From: Tubiluchus corallicola
Lineage: Eukaryota; Animalia; Priapulida
DNA length: 64,000 nt
Assembly (NCBI GenBank): GCA_030141605.1
Contig: JAQGDQ010000038.1
Span: 682,001-746,000 of the forward strand
Reading direction: 5' to 3'
Shown: positions 43,701 through 56,800 of the stretch, piece after piece
How positions within the stretch are numbered: the stretch's first letter is position 1
Layout of the letters: every line of letters starts with the position of its first letter
The notes under the pieces: model-generated
What the model was told of the DNA's origin: nothing
What the model saw: the letters and a program-made list of their open reading frames with translations, nothing else
The model's database searches: none
Made by a program: the position numbers and the translations under genes

Positions 43701-46700
43701 CCCTATCAGACAGGTTTGTTAAACTAGCTAGGAAGTATTGCTTTAGTTGCAAAAATATGTTGTCTTTTGTAGAAAGGATCTCTCATCTTTTGCCTCAAGA
43801 GATGAAAGCGCAAGCTAGTCAAATTGTGGCCAGACGGGAGTTCGGTATTCAGTACAACCTGGACTGCCGTAATTTATGCGCTGAGTTTCAGGAGGACATT
43901 GAGTTCCGTTTCTCATTAGGCATAATGACGTTAATGCGCCGGTTCCTAGGTTATTCAAAGACAAGATCAACTCTTCTTGGTTTTGCTGACAGAGTATGTT
44001 TGCTAACTATTTTAATTTCTTAATTTCATTTTAAGTTTTTACTCCGTTGAAACCATTTTGTATGTTGTTTTAGGTTTTTCTCATTGGTTAAATTTTTAAT
44101 TTATTTATGAGTAATTTTTGATCATAAAGTTATGTGACTTCAAAATCGTGCAAACTGTTTTGTGCTTAGTTTAGTGCAGGGCAAACCAGTCTAATGCAAA
44201 GGCTTGCTCTTTTTAAACTGTAAAATGTAAAGAGCCAAACTTCCCCACTTTTAAAATAACTGCATTCACTTATTGTAAACTTGATAAAATAAAGCAGTTT
44301 TTCTTCTTTCTTATAATATAAGCTTATTAACTTCTCAGCTTATTATGTTTTTACATAAATATAAACTCTTATAATCGTTTGACAATAATTAATCTCGGAT
44401 AAAATTTTACGTAATATTCAATCTTGCAGCTGTCCTTGATGCTTACCATGACTTTTGCTTTCAGATACCCGGATCTGTTCCTGCCACACCGTCTACCCCT
44501 AGCAACGAACAGCCTTTCCCTGTTGCTAAGGAAGAAGATTTAGTCCTCAGCATGTTTACTAATGTTGCTGCAATCGGTAGTCGATCTGTTGTGGTTGGTT
44601 TCATTTTAACGGGAATGGTACGTGTGATTGACAATTTTTTGTTCATAAATGTTTTGCTAAGTGGATTTAGATGTCTAATCTAGCATCTCCTTAGCTGACA
44701 GTACTTTTCTATTTTTAGGTGAAATTTTCATCAAACTAGCTTATCTGGTTCTGCACAATTCATGTATTTTTGTGGAATTTCAATTTTGTTCTGCTTGTAG
44801 TTATTGAAAAACTAGCTTTTTTCGTTAAGGATAAAAAGTTGCTTTTGCCTTGAGTACCACATGGCTTTCGTGCCCTGAATGGTAGAAGAAAGTTCATTTT
44901 GTCAACCGAGTTATTTTTAATTTATGATGAAATGTTTCCCGTTTTCACTTATTCAGACTTGTCATCATTCAAAATTTAAAATTTAGATGCATTCTAATAA
45001 TAATGTTATTGGTTAGAAAGTAAAAACATTAAAAGTTAAAACAGTTAGTGATAATTCTTTGTTTCAGTTTTGGAGAGCAGTTGGGTGGCGTATAATAGCC
45101 ATCGGTGGCACGGTATATGGATTAGTTTATCTTTATGAGCGGTTGACTTGGACAAACAAAGCTAAAGAAAGAAGCTTCAAGCAACAATATAATGACTATG
45201 CCTCAAGAAAGTTAAGGCTGATTGTTGATCTGACTAGTTCAAATTGCAGCCACCAGGTGCAGCAGTAAGTGCTCTAATTGTTTAATGCATGTACAGTATA
45301 GTTAACATTAACATTTAGAGTGCATGTGTATAAATTAGATTACCAAATTTGTGTTATGTAGGCCAGCAAACTGCATGCCAGTAATCCAGCACTCAGTTGG
45401 AAGACCTGCTTAATATATTGTTGAATGTGACAGAACTGGAACCAAGCATAATCCTTTAAGATGAGAAACTAGCTTGAGTGCCTTAGCCATATTCAACTGT
45501 ATATATATTTTTCCTCAACAAAAGAAATTGCTGGGGCAGATAAAGCATAACAGAGGTAGTGCTGCTGAATTTACGAACCAGGTCTAGTGACTACTACACC
45601 TTTTTGCAGAACATTGCATACGACCCATGTGGTGCACAGGGAATCAAACTGAAATTCATGGGTTGAGAACCAAGCGAAACTGAATGTAAAGATTTGCATC
45701 TGACAGTGATTTGATTTATCTGACAAAATATTTTAATGCAGTCTAATGGTTGAAGTAAACACACTGAAACTGTATTGGGACTGAACTGTGAGGAGAACCG
45801 TAATCACTTACAAAATGAAAATGAGCCTTGTGCAGGCCTATATTGCATTGATCTTTGCATTCTACAATTCAGATTGTCAAAAATTTGTCAAAATATGTTA
45901 TCCTCTTTAGTACCGTTTGTTGTCTTGTAGTATAAGGTCAGTCCTCTTACCCCGAGAGACATTTATGATCTCTAGCCTGCTATGGATTTCATCTTTTTCA
46001 TCACTTTTTTAATCATAGTAGACTGCAGACTTAGCCAGCTAGTCTACATAGCTTGCTACATTTCTGTAAGTAGTGGAAACTATTTTAGTATTTAAAGTAT
46101 AAAATTTTATATTTTCTTAGTTGTTGATAGTTTCTAAACATGTGCTTGCATACCGCTGTGTACTGTACTTGTAAAAGCTGTGCAAATAGATTTGTGAACT
46201 GAAAACGTCTAAAAAAATATAACTGTGCAATCGAGCAACTGTGGAAGCTTGAGTATGTAGTCTTACATCTTTGTACTTCATACACGCTTACCTCTCATTT
46301 TGTTGAAGAATACATTAGTGATCATTTTTTTAACTTGTGTTATGTGCCTTCCTGTGTGCATTTTTTAAGAAGAACATGTGCTAATAGTGTTTGCTGTCTC
46401 ACAGGGAATTAAGTTCAACATTTAGTCGCCTCTGTCACCTGGTGGATCAGACGAAAATCGATTTGCAAGAAGAAATATCTGGAATTGATCGTGATATCAA
46501 TAAACTCGAACAAGTGGCTACAAAAGCTAAAGTACTTCGGTAAGTCTACAGTTTTCAGCAAAACAATTTTAACAGCATTATGATGGGCTAATAGTTACAT
46601 GATTCTAAAACTTGGATTAGTGGTTATGTGCAAAACATTCCTTGTCATTTTATTGGTGTGTTGACTTTATAAATTAAAGATTTGTTCCAATATTAGTTTG

Positions 46701-46886
46701 AATGTTTCAAAAAAAGATTGTTTATCATTTTTCGATATTACAAATTTATAATTGTTGTGTTTTCTGTTACGTATTTACTTTTGTTACTCAAATTTTCGAA
46801 ACGAATTTTATTTTAGCAACAAAGCTAACTGGATTGATAATGAATTGGATTCATTTATAAGTCAATATCTGGTGCACGAAGAATGA
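34429..46886 (+). CDS. Marf: Mitofusin (Marf/MFN-type dynamin-like GTPase), ~769 aa with the microexon
   Basis: Exons 34429-34642, 35720-35734, 36118-36241, 36889-37051, 38568-38689, 39192-39300, 40010-40117, 40862-41083, 41684-41805, 42657-42783, 43030-43237, 43773-43993, 44465-44617, 45068-45264, 46405-46539, 46817-46886 (2310 nt). Motifs [18 protein letters not shown]1 [21 protein letters not shown]3 DSPG, G4 [18 protein letters not shown]-like [16 protein letters not shown] region, [27 protein letters not shown]. Confidence 0.97.
34668..34773. repeat. Compound (TA)n/(CA)n microsatellite
   Basis: Seen directly, in the mitofusin intron after the first coding exon. Confidence 0.85.
38066..38112. 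repeat. (CG)n(CA)n microsatellite
   Basis: Seen directly in the sequence. Confidence 0.9.
38956..39028 (+). pseudogene. tRNA pseudogene or tRNA-derived SINE head in a mitofusin intron
   Basis: A box tagccaagtgg, B box gttcaaatcc, anticodon-like stem tttgc/gcaga around accattt. The acceptor stem and T stem are imperfect and the loop lacks the conserved U33/purine-37, so it is not a functional tRNA. Confidence 0.65.
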
Positions 46887-49427
46887 CCAGTGGTACCACC
46901 GTTTAGAAAAAAGTGACAAAATGTGATATTCAATTTCGATGACTGATTCTAGAAGTTGTGGCAGACACTAGACTAATCACAGACAGTCCTCCATTGACAA
47001 AAGATATTGTTGAGTAGAAGTATACTGGCAGTTATGTTTAGTTTGCTTATAGTAATAATTAGCGATAACTGTACTGATAAGGTGTGTTACAATTATAACG
47101 TGATCCCTGTCTTTCTAGCTGTGCTAATATTCAGCTTTGTTAGCTAATGAGATTTGAAATAGCTGTTTGAAGTAACGCAAGTAATGCCTTTGCAATATAT
47201 ATTGTGAAATTGAGTAGCGGTCGTTAAGTATAGTTTGTTGCTTGCTATTTTTTAGCAGTTCAGTGAATTAATGACCAGTTAGTTCAACTAGTTAAACGTG
47301 TTTTTAAGCTTGAAGCATGCTTATGTGATTCATATGAACTTGTCCCTAAATGCAAGGATTGATGAAGTGTTTTCAATTTTACAATTTTTACTGTAGTCTT
47401 TATGAGGAACCTTTACTTTAGGGTGAACTGGAAAAAAGTTACAGTTTTTTTACATTTTAGGCTTTGAGTTTTCTTCTAGTTTATTTTTGCCTAATGAAAT
47501 AAAATTTTACAAATTTTTTGAACACAGTTAATGAACTATGAAAAGTTTTTTTTGTTAGTTAGCATGCACTTTATTTAGTGCAAGCAAACAGTTTTTTAGC
47601 ATAAAACTAAGTTTATGTTTTTCCATGGAAATTGTTGCAGACTTATATTGTAAATGTTTATACATGCTATTAGCACAGAAATTTTGTTAGTGTTGTTTCC
47701 ACAAATTGACATGCAAGGAAGGTTGTGCATAGTTTAGGTATTCAACACATCGCGCTGTAAATTTTTTTTAAATAGCTTGCTATGTAAATTAGTTTATTTA
47801 TTGCCTATTAGCTACATTTTTACGTGCAATAAACTTAATTTGGTCAAACTCAACTTGTAACATTGCTGCTTGCTGTTTTACTTGGAAAACATTTGCATGT
47901 ATCATAAGTATTGTCCTGGTCAGGGGGAAAATCTGCGACAATATTTTTATTAACAGTTAGTTCATTTTATCATTGTGAGCAGAACTTTGGTTGCAACCCG
48001 TCAAGAAAATTGGAAGCTTCTGCTGGTAGGTACAAATGTATTATTCATTGTTATTCCTTTTATTGAATATTACGAAATGTGATTTTGGCTTTTAGTTTTT
48101 TGTGATAATATTATTTTTACCAAAATGAACAGTTTGAACCAGTTAACCTTGAAAACCAGCTAAACTCGTTTTTGTTTTTGTTTAATTACAGAATTCCTGG
48201 GAGAAGGTGCATTGTTATAATTTTAAGCAAGACCTGAAATAACCAGCTTTCACTTGTGGCTATCATTATCCAGGTTAAGGTTACTTTTATCTTACATTGT
48301 GTACTAGTGTGATTACGTTGTAGATTTACTGCAAAATGAAGGGTAAGATTTTCTTACATTTTATTTATATATTATTGGTACTTGTAAAAGTTGTAGTGAT
48401 TTATGATGTAGCTGTTTGATAATAGGAGTATATGTTTAATAAAGGAGCTTAATGTCATAATTGTATATTTAAAGTTGTTTACTGAAATGTAAATCTTAAT
48501 TTTCCATTTCGTCCTTTTCTAAATTTGTTCACAAAATATCACTTATATATATATATGACCAAAGTGATATGGGCTTGCCGCACTTTCTTTGGCTAGAGAT
48601 TTTGGTAGTTGTGTTTCTTAAGTTTCCTGAAGAAAAAGATGACCATATGTTTATATTTTAACCAGTGCTCCTTATAGTGTGTAGGCTTCTGAATTATTGC
48701 TGTACCACAGTTGAATGAAAAGCACTTTGTCATCTTGTTTACTGCTAATACACATAGGGTCACTTATGATGGTAACCGTTTCTGTGCAAATTTGCCTAGC
48801 AGATAAATAATAGCCCGAGGTGGCTTTAATTGCTGATTATACATCTTGCAATAAAGAGCACATTGCACAGCATTTAACTCCATATTTGGTTGTAGTTTTA
48901 ATGGTATTGTAAGTCAGTACATCTGGATTACTTCACAGTTTTGAAGCCGAATACTTCCTACAGTGTACTTAGCATTAGTGACTTGTAGAAACCTCAGTAA
49001 TGAGCTAATACAGCTTGCCCTCATACCAATAGTAAGATCACTGATACCAATATCACTAAGATCTTGGAGATTACGTGGCTTATATATTTAAACAACTAGT
49101 GTCATGGACCAGGAGTCAAGTCAAAGTCACCATTGATGTCAACAACCATACCAATGGTTCTTTATGAAACTTCTTATCAGTACACAAGAAATCAGTAAAC
49201 GTTGGTCAGCCAATAAAGGTACATGTCGCAATGGCCAATGAGGCACTCCTTTTATCTTCTCAGCTGATGGGTCGCTGCAGTGTCAGAAAAGTTAATCACA
49301 AACAGACACGGTGAACGTATTGAAATGTGTGTGAGAATTAAACCCAAGCGTGTTTTAGTTTATTTAATTTATTTAATAAAAGTTTCAGTTTTTATTTTAT
49401 ATGTTATTATTTTTAGTTTTTATACCT

Positions 49428-49620
49428 ATACAAGATTTCTGCAACTAAAATTTGTTTAGCAGTAAAACAGAACCATTATAATGGTGAAATATTGTGTTTG
49501 GGCAATAGTAATGCAGATGTATAGTGCCTGAAAGGTTAGAGAAAGTCAGATTTATAAGTTTCTCCTAGATAAATAAAACTAAACAAACATGCCACTGGAT
49601 CAAATCTCATCCAGCTTAGG
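49428..49620 (+). repeat. Third copy of the dispersed repeat seen at 30087-30470
   Basis: atacaagatttctgcaactaaaatttgtttagcagtaaaacagaaccattataatggtgaaatattgtg...ctggatcaaatctcatccagctt aligns by eye with both upstream copies. Confidence 0.75.
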
Positions 49621-50584
49621 AGCAGAATGCTTTCAAATGAATAAAAACCAAGTCTGCCCCAAGGTAATTAGTTTCCTATTTTTTAATTTAAGTTCTTATG
49701 CTGTTTGTGTTGACTGTTTGTTATATGCAAGACTGGGATGCAGACTTTTCATGTTAGTTATTGTACAGCAACAGATTACCAAATACTACTACTCTACAGC
49801 ATCAAATAGCCTTAATGTGTATTAAGGCTGACTGACAATGAATGTCCAATATTTGAAGGACCTCTTAATTACTATTCACAAAGTTTGTTTGGGGTAACTT
49901 ATGTTTAAACCCATTTTGCTTACATCAGTCTTTTATACTGATTATGTATAAATTTTATACCAATACACTGTAGAACTCATTTTATTGAGGTCTATTTAAA
50001 AAAAATCACAACACGTTTGTAAGAGAATTTACATTTTTTTCATTAGTGACCACCATTTTGTAAATAAGACCACAACATTTGATCTTTCACACAAAATCTT
50101 GATATAATGCACATACTGTTAAGTGAATTAATCAAATCTTTTTTTGCATCAATTTGCTTGACAATTTCTTGTTAGTCAGGTATGCACATAACAGTCATAC
50201 ATTTCTAGAATAATTGACAAATCGCCACTAAACATGTACGCATTCTTATTTTTTTTGGTTTGTTTCCGCTGTCAGGCGTGCCAGCAAGCAAGAGTCTGTG
50301 AGGCTGATCTGTATAGTTTGGGCTTAGTGTGAAAGCTGAACTTTGTATTTGTTACTGCCACAACCTATGCCATAACAGAGCTTGACATGTCTATCTGACT
50401 GCAGACTTCAATGCAAACATCAGTCCAAGTAATTCAGAGAAAAGGATTTAATTTTCGTGATAATCATTGAAGTAGGCCAACCAAAATCTTTGTTGAACCA
50501 TTATGACAAGTTTATCTATACATTATAGCTTACTTTGGCAAGCTTGCTGTGTATGTTATTTGTAAAAATTATGAACTTTTTCAG

Positions 50585-52506
50585 TTTCAGCGTGCTGTTG
50601 TTTCCTGTTTCTTCTTTCACAGTTGGTAAGTTCACAGTTGAATTGCAAAAGATACCCAACACATTTCTTTTGTAGTTGAATAATAATAAGTTTTAGTGTG
50701 CTGCTTCAAAGTGATAATACTAGTACAAATGTTTCTGGAGGAGCTGGACTTGCAGTCAGTCCATATTATACATTGCTGCAGGACAGTACGTACACCTAGT
50801 AGTTAATACCTAGCATTGTATATTGAAATGGCTAATAGCTGGAGTATATTTTTTATTGCTTGACAGCATATGGATAATTACTATATGTACGATGTAAGAA
50901 GATAAAAAAACTTTTTGTTGCTTGAGTTGCACCACAAAAGCATTTGGTGAAGTAAATTTGTCAATGAAATTTTGCAGGCAACTGGAGATGGAAGGCAGGT
51001 GAACAAGGCTCAGGCAAGTGAGGAATGTAAAGGAACTATGGAGTATGGCGAATGGAAACAGGAACACGAATGTACTGCTTCTTGTGAAGTTGGGCCGAGA
51101 ATACAAGTGAGCATTTATTGTACTTGACAAATCAGGTCAACATGCTAATTAATTTTCGCACAGAGAAATTTTGCGAATACGTGCATTTAATGCCAGACAA
51201 AACTAATTGTGTGTGTTTTGTACAAATCTGTTTTATTTATACTACAGTATGTTAAATTTTGAACTTGAAATATGTAAAGCCAGCCTTTTCTAACTAAATT
51301 AGATACAATGACAGTAACAAGTTGCCTTTGGGTTTCCACACAAACTGGGGTTCATGGTTGCCACCTGACGTGAAGTGTTTTCAAGAGCTCTACCTTTATA
51401 TTAAATGCAAGGTACCCAATTGTTCAACTGATACTCCAAACAAACGGATATCTTCTATATTTATACTTGATTATCGAATAGTGCATAATCTTAAATTATT
51501 GTACTAGAAAACTGCTTTGGTTTCCCCCTACCAGGTGTTCACAAAATAATTTAGAAAAAGCCATTTCAAATGCTGTTGCTATACATGTATTTTACAATTT
51601 AATGAACTGGATGTAGTATAACTTTTTGTCATGACTGTCATGTTAGCTAGGCTTTATCTCTTGCAGACGTTCACAAGGAAAGCTTATTGCAAAGACAAAA
51701 AAGGAACATACACAGAGTTTACCAAACAGAAAAGATGCACAAGAGATCAATTAGAAAAAGAATATTATGTGAGCTCTCAATTAGAATGGATGAATGAAGC
51801 ACCTTTCAGTTCCAGAAATGATGACAGTGAATATGACACCGACGAGGAAGAAAGTCAAGACAACAGTACAGGAACTGACACAGAAAATGATGGTAAGCAT
51901 TCACGACACACATCACTAAGACGAAAAAAGAAAAAGAAGAGAAGGAAACGTGTCGATTACTGTAATATGAAAATTGTTATATGCAACGATGATTCAGACT
52001 GCAATGAATCGCCAACCATGGATGCAAATACAATCACAACTGCAGGAACCACGGTGACTGAAACAACTGCAGATCAAATTTTGACAACCCAAAGTCGAAG
52101 AACGGAGCATCTACGAACTACAACCACCACTACTAAAGGTACAACTATGGCTAATACGTCGGAAACTACCGAGGAACCAACAACAAAACGCCGACGTAGG
52201 CTGCGACCACGAACTACAACTACCACAACTGAAGGCAGAACATCAGCAACTACAACAGAAACAGTACAAACTGTAGAGAAAGAAACAACAACATCAACAA
52301 GACGAAGACAAACACAAACACAAACAAAATACCCAAGAACTACAACTACCACAAATGAAGGTACAACAGTTATATCAGAATCTGTAGAAGCTACTGAGGA
52401 ACCAACTGCATTATCTACTGCCAAAGGTACAACTACACCAATAGGGACAATCACTGCAAACAAACTGGAGGCTGTTGCATTTGTGGGAACTACTTATGAC
52501 AAGTAA
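50585..52506 (+). CDS. Putative secreted protein with a TSP1-like Cys module, acidic and polybasic tracts, and a Thr-rich mucin-like tail (start exon unresolved)
   Basis: In-phase exons 50585-50625 (.SACCCFLFLLSQL, signal-peptide-like), 50978-51106 (ATGDG...CKGTMEYGEWKQEHECTASCEVGPRIQ) and 51668-52506 (TFTRKAYC...RRKKKKKRRKR...TTTTT repeats, TAA). AATAAA at 52629. Confidence 0.65.
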
Positions 52507-53802
52507 CAAAATGGCTTTCTTTGTACTTGATGTTTAAACAAAAATGTGAAATCAAATGATTTAATGCAAACACACGTTTTATATACAAGAATTTATTACA
52601 AGTATATCTATACTGCATATTAATTCACAATAAATTTGCAATACGATGGATTTCAATGGACTGGTTATACAGAATTTAATTAAATTTCATTCTTTTGTGG
52701 AAATATTGTTATTAGAAGAGTTATTTGTGTTAGTCAAGACTACTAAGACTTTTAACGATTATGAATTTACAAACAATGCTTTGTTTTATGTCACCATTTT
52801 TATAAACTATAATGCAATAGCTGTTTATCATTAACAAAGTAGCACTAAAGTGGTACAGAATTAAATTTGTTTGTTTTCAGTGAATAAGTATACATATAAT
52901 TTACAAGCCCATGATTCCCATAATGATAGTGGATTTCATTTAGAGTTTCTCTCTTATGTACATCTTCATTTCACCCCTGCACTTATTTACATTTTAGTGT
53001 GCATAATATAGACATCAAACGTACATTGCACAACAAATAGAAGCATGATAGAAACAATAAATCGGCTTTATGTAACTGTCAGATAATATTTCATCAGGCG
53101 TGTTTCAAACTATCGTTATTACATGAGTATTGGGAGCATTGCAAAAAATTTAAAAACTACTAAATGCAAATAGTTAATTCAGAAAGCACCCCCAGTTTCT
53201 AAGTGATGTAGAAAGACAGGAATTTATAAACTTCCAAATATAATTGAGTATATACCTATTCAGCATTTGACTTGTCTTTCAATTAACTTGCAGCTAACTA
53301 CAAACATGATGAAAGTAATAAAGACATATAACTGGCAAAAGTGACTTATTAATTACTTGTTTTTGAACATGAAAAGTATGCATCATGAAGACCTGACTTG
53401 TTACAGTGTTAAGCACTGACTTCTTTGATAAAGCAAATGAGCAACCTAGCGCCTAGAAAAAAAACATTTACATTCACATAATAAGCTTCATTCATTCATC
53501 AATAAAAGCAGATATATTTTTCTTCAGTAAGAGCAAATACAATTACTAAATTACTGACTATGATACATTCATTACATTAACAGTTGTTATATTTTGCAGT
53601 TACATTTGCTTTAGCAGAAGGTTACTGGTGGTAAAAGCTACATCATGAGAATATTTAAATTTACAACAAAAGAGCGTATTATAGGTTTCTAGATGGCCTA
53701 ATAAATATAACACTTTTTGCATAATTTTTCAAGCTCTTATATGCACATAAAAAGTTATATGCACACAAAACGCTAGAAAGGTGTGGTATTATGCAATCAT
53801 GA

Positions 53803-56800
53803 CTAGAATGTGTGTGCATTTCGACACACACCACAACCAAGTGCAAACTCTTCACCAGTGGGTGGATGCTTTACGTGTAGTGGACACTCATCACCTTCTA
53901 ATTGTTTGGCTCTGGGCCCTGCCGGACAGGTTGGTAAATCAGACTTAAGAATGCTCGTTACACGCTGAAAATCATCATGACATGGCCCGCAAAAATGAGT
54001 TGTTCCAAAACAAAAGAACACAGCCACGGAGCAGCAGTAACGACACTTGTATTCCAGGAAGTCCGGCCCATGCCGTGGACACATCTGAGCACGAGATACA
54101 TCTGAACATGCTCCACACACTAGTTCAGTAGGATCGTATTCATCCCCTATGCCCGCCTCAACGTCACATCGGGCTTCACCACCATAATATGCTTTTTTAC
54201 ATTTGAAACAGACATAATAAGCATACCGTTCCAATGCAAAGCCAGCAGGGTCATTGTAAAATCTGGCACCGGGTGTCACTATTGTCTCAGAACTCATCAG
54301 GCCCTCATACTCGAGTCGCATCAATGCTTTGCGACGAACATCTTCATAAAGAGCATGTATTGGTGCTAGTAAATCTTGCAGGACCTCATGATCAATCTGA
54401 GCCTATGAAAATAAAATTTTGGATTAGTATAAGAAACATCCAAACAAAACAGTAAAACACAAGAACAATCAGAAATACATATTTGGTCAACTGCACACTG
54501 AGACATGATACATTTCAAAAATAAAAAGTTTGCTGTTATCCTATTTTACCAATACCGCAAAATGACTTCTGTTAATGGGAATGGTCTGCTTAGCATCATA
54601 TACTAGTAGAACCACAGTAAGTTTGTTCAAAAATCTTACCAATGAGATTCTGCAAAAAATATTCTGTTTTTGTCATTTGAAACTACTTTATACCATCATT
54701 TAAACAAAATTCACATTCACAGTGAGTCCACGTACTGTAAGTACAACATCATTATAGCGAACCTCCTACTCTATAACCATCAGGAAAAAGTACTCTATAA
54801 CCAAGATACTCTATAAGCATACACGACTGATAATATGTGTATGTCTACTAGATGGACAAGCATTTATTAATAATAAAAGTACATAAATAATGTACAATGT
54901 GTGGCTTCATAGAGGACGTAAAGTACTTCTAGAAGATGCTGTCAAGTACCAGATAATTTGCAGCATGTTCAGATTCAGTAAAAAGCATTGTGTGTGATTT
55001 CAGTACGCTAAAAATTAATATAAGTTTCTCATTCGTGTAAACATTTAGCTGTAAATTTACATGACATATGTTCAATAAACTCAAAGAGATTCGAGAAAGT
55101 TGGTCAGTTTTCTGCATAAAATTTTTGTTTGTCCCTTATATAAAAAGTTTTCGCTGAATGCCTGCCAGTGGAATGGAGTGAGCTGCCAGTGTACGTACTC
55201 AAACAGATGGGCGCCTAGCCGCTGCATGAGTGACTCATCATTTTTATGCAGTTAGTAGACAAAATAATCTTTCAACACGTTAATGATTCGCACTTTATTG
55301 CAGCACCAGAAATGAGAAGTTAAATTTAATTAAAAATTAATTTGCAAATGGCTGGCAAAGCTAAAATATGAGATAAAAACTTATACGTCCCCTTTACAAT
55401 GTTAATGTCGCATAACTTTGGAAATTTGTTTCCAAATACATAAATGTCTATATTTGCACAGAAATGTATGTATTCATGCGCTTCATTATAATGCCAACTT
55501 TCGTTAGGGAGGTTTCACTGTAAATACATAAAAGCAAGCAAATAACTAAGTATGCTATATTTAAAACTATTGTACTAATTAAATGAATGGTGAAAGTTCG
55601 TTCTTTTTTGTGAACTGGCATTACCAGCATGTATGCATTAAACCATGGTCGCTATAATGGTGTTTTACAGTATAAAAACTCAAAATAACCAAGACAACTT
55701 TTGAATGGAGTGAATTAGCCAAACTGTTGGACAGCGACTATTATATGTCTGTGTTTGTAAAACAGGAAAGCTGATTTAAAGTGAAAAACAAAATCATATA
55801 ATTACAGTAGACTTACGAACAACACAAACTGTGAGTGAAAAGAGTTGGAGATGAGGTTATTTAATGCTCTGTTTGATGTCGTAGGTGTAATTGGCTGAAG
55901 ATAGCCACTAAGCTGTAGAAACATATCAATGAAGTTCAGTAATGTTTTTCTTTTACATTTTTGGTGTTCTTATTTTTAACTAGACATTGTTTCCCACCTA
56001 TTAACAGTGCATTTTAAATTATACAGAGTCAAGTACCTTGCAAATCGGACATGTGCAGAAGTTGAAACTGATGCGAGGTCCTGCCCATCTTTTTGTCAAT
56101 ACATTTTTGGCACAGTGCAGATGGAACACATGAGTGCATTTTAGCTGTATTGCAGGAGCACATGAGAGTGCCTCCGTAAAACATATCATGCACATATCAT
56201 CAGCATCTTGCTTTAGTGCTGCTCCCTCTTGGCAGTTATGTAGGCATGGCAAGCAGGTTGTTTCCCCGCTGATTCCACCACACTGATGACCACATGGAAG
56301 CATCTTTGAACAAGCATTTTTAGAGTATTCCTGACAGTCCGTTTCATTGCATACATTTCCTATAGCAAGAAGACTAGAAGCCGACGGTCGACCACAGAAG
56401 CGACAACTGCCCAGTTCTGACCCTGGGCCTTTTTCGCGAGACACATCACGGAATTCTACCATCGCTTTAAGCGTGGTGGAGTCTGCCAGAGCCATTACCC
56501 AAAAAAGTTTTGTCCTGCCACAGCCTTCATGAAGATCAACTCTTATCGCTTCTTCTTCTTCCTTGAATACTTGTCTGAAAAAAGATTTAAGCTGTTAACT
56601 AATATTAGCTGTTGTAACTAATACTCCTAAAATAACAATTTAGAATTTTAATCTTTCTACCTCAAATTTTGCATTCTTTAAGAAACAGGTTGCATATTGC
56701 TAAACAAATTGGTTATAAATTTTTTGACATATACCATATATACTTATGTACAAGTCGAATTTTTGGGAGGAGATTTCAAGGTGAAATTTTTGGGGTCGAC

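Noticed and set aside
51631-54402. Functional link between the Thr-esterifying MYCBP2 and the adjacent Thr-rich protein
   Set aside because: The Thr-rich protein looks secreted while MYCBP2 is cytosolic, and adjacency in animal genomes rarely implies a shared pathway.
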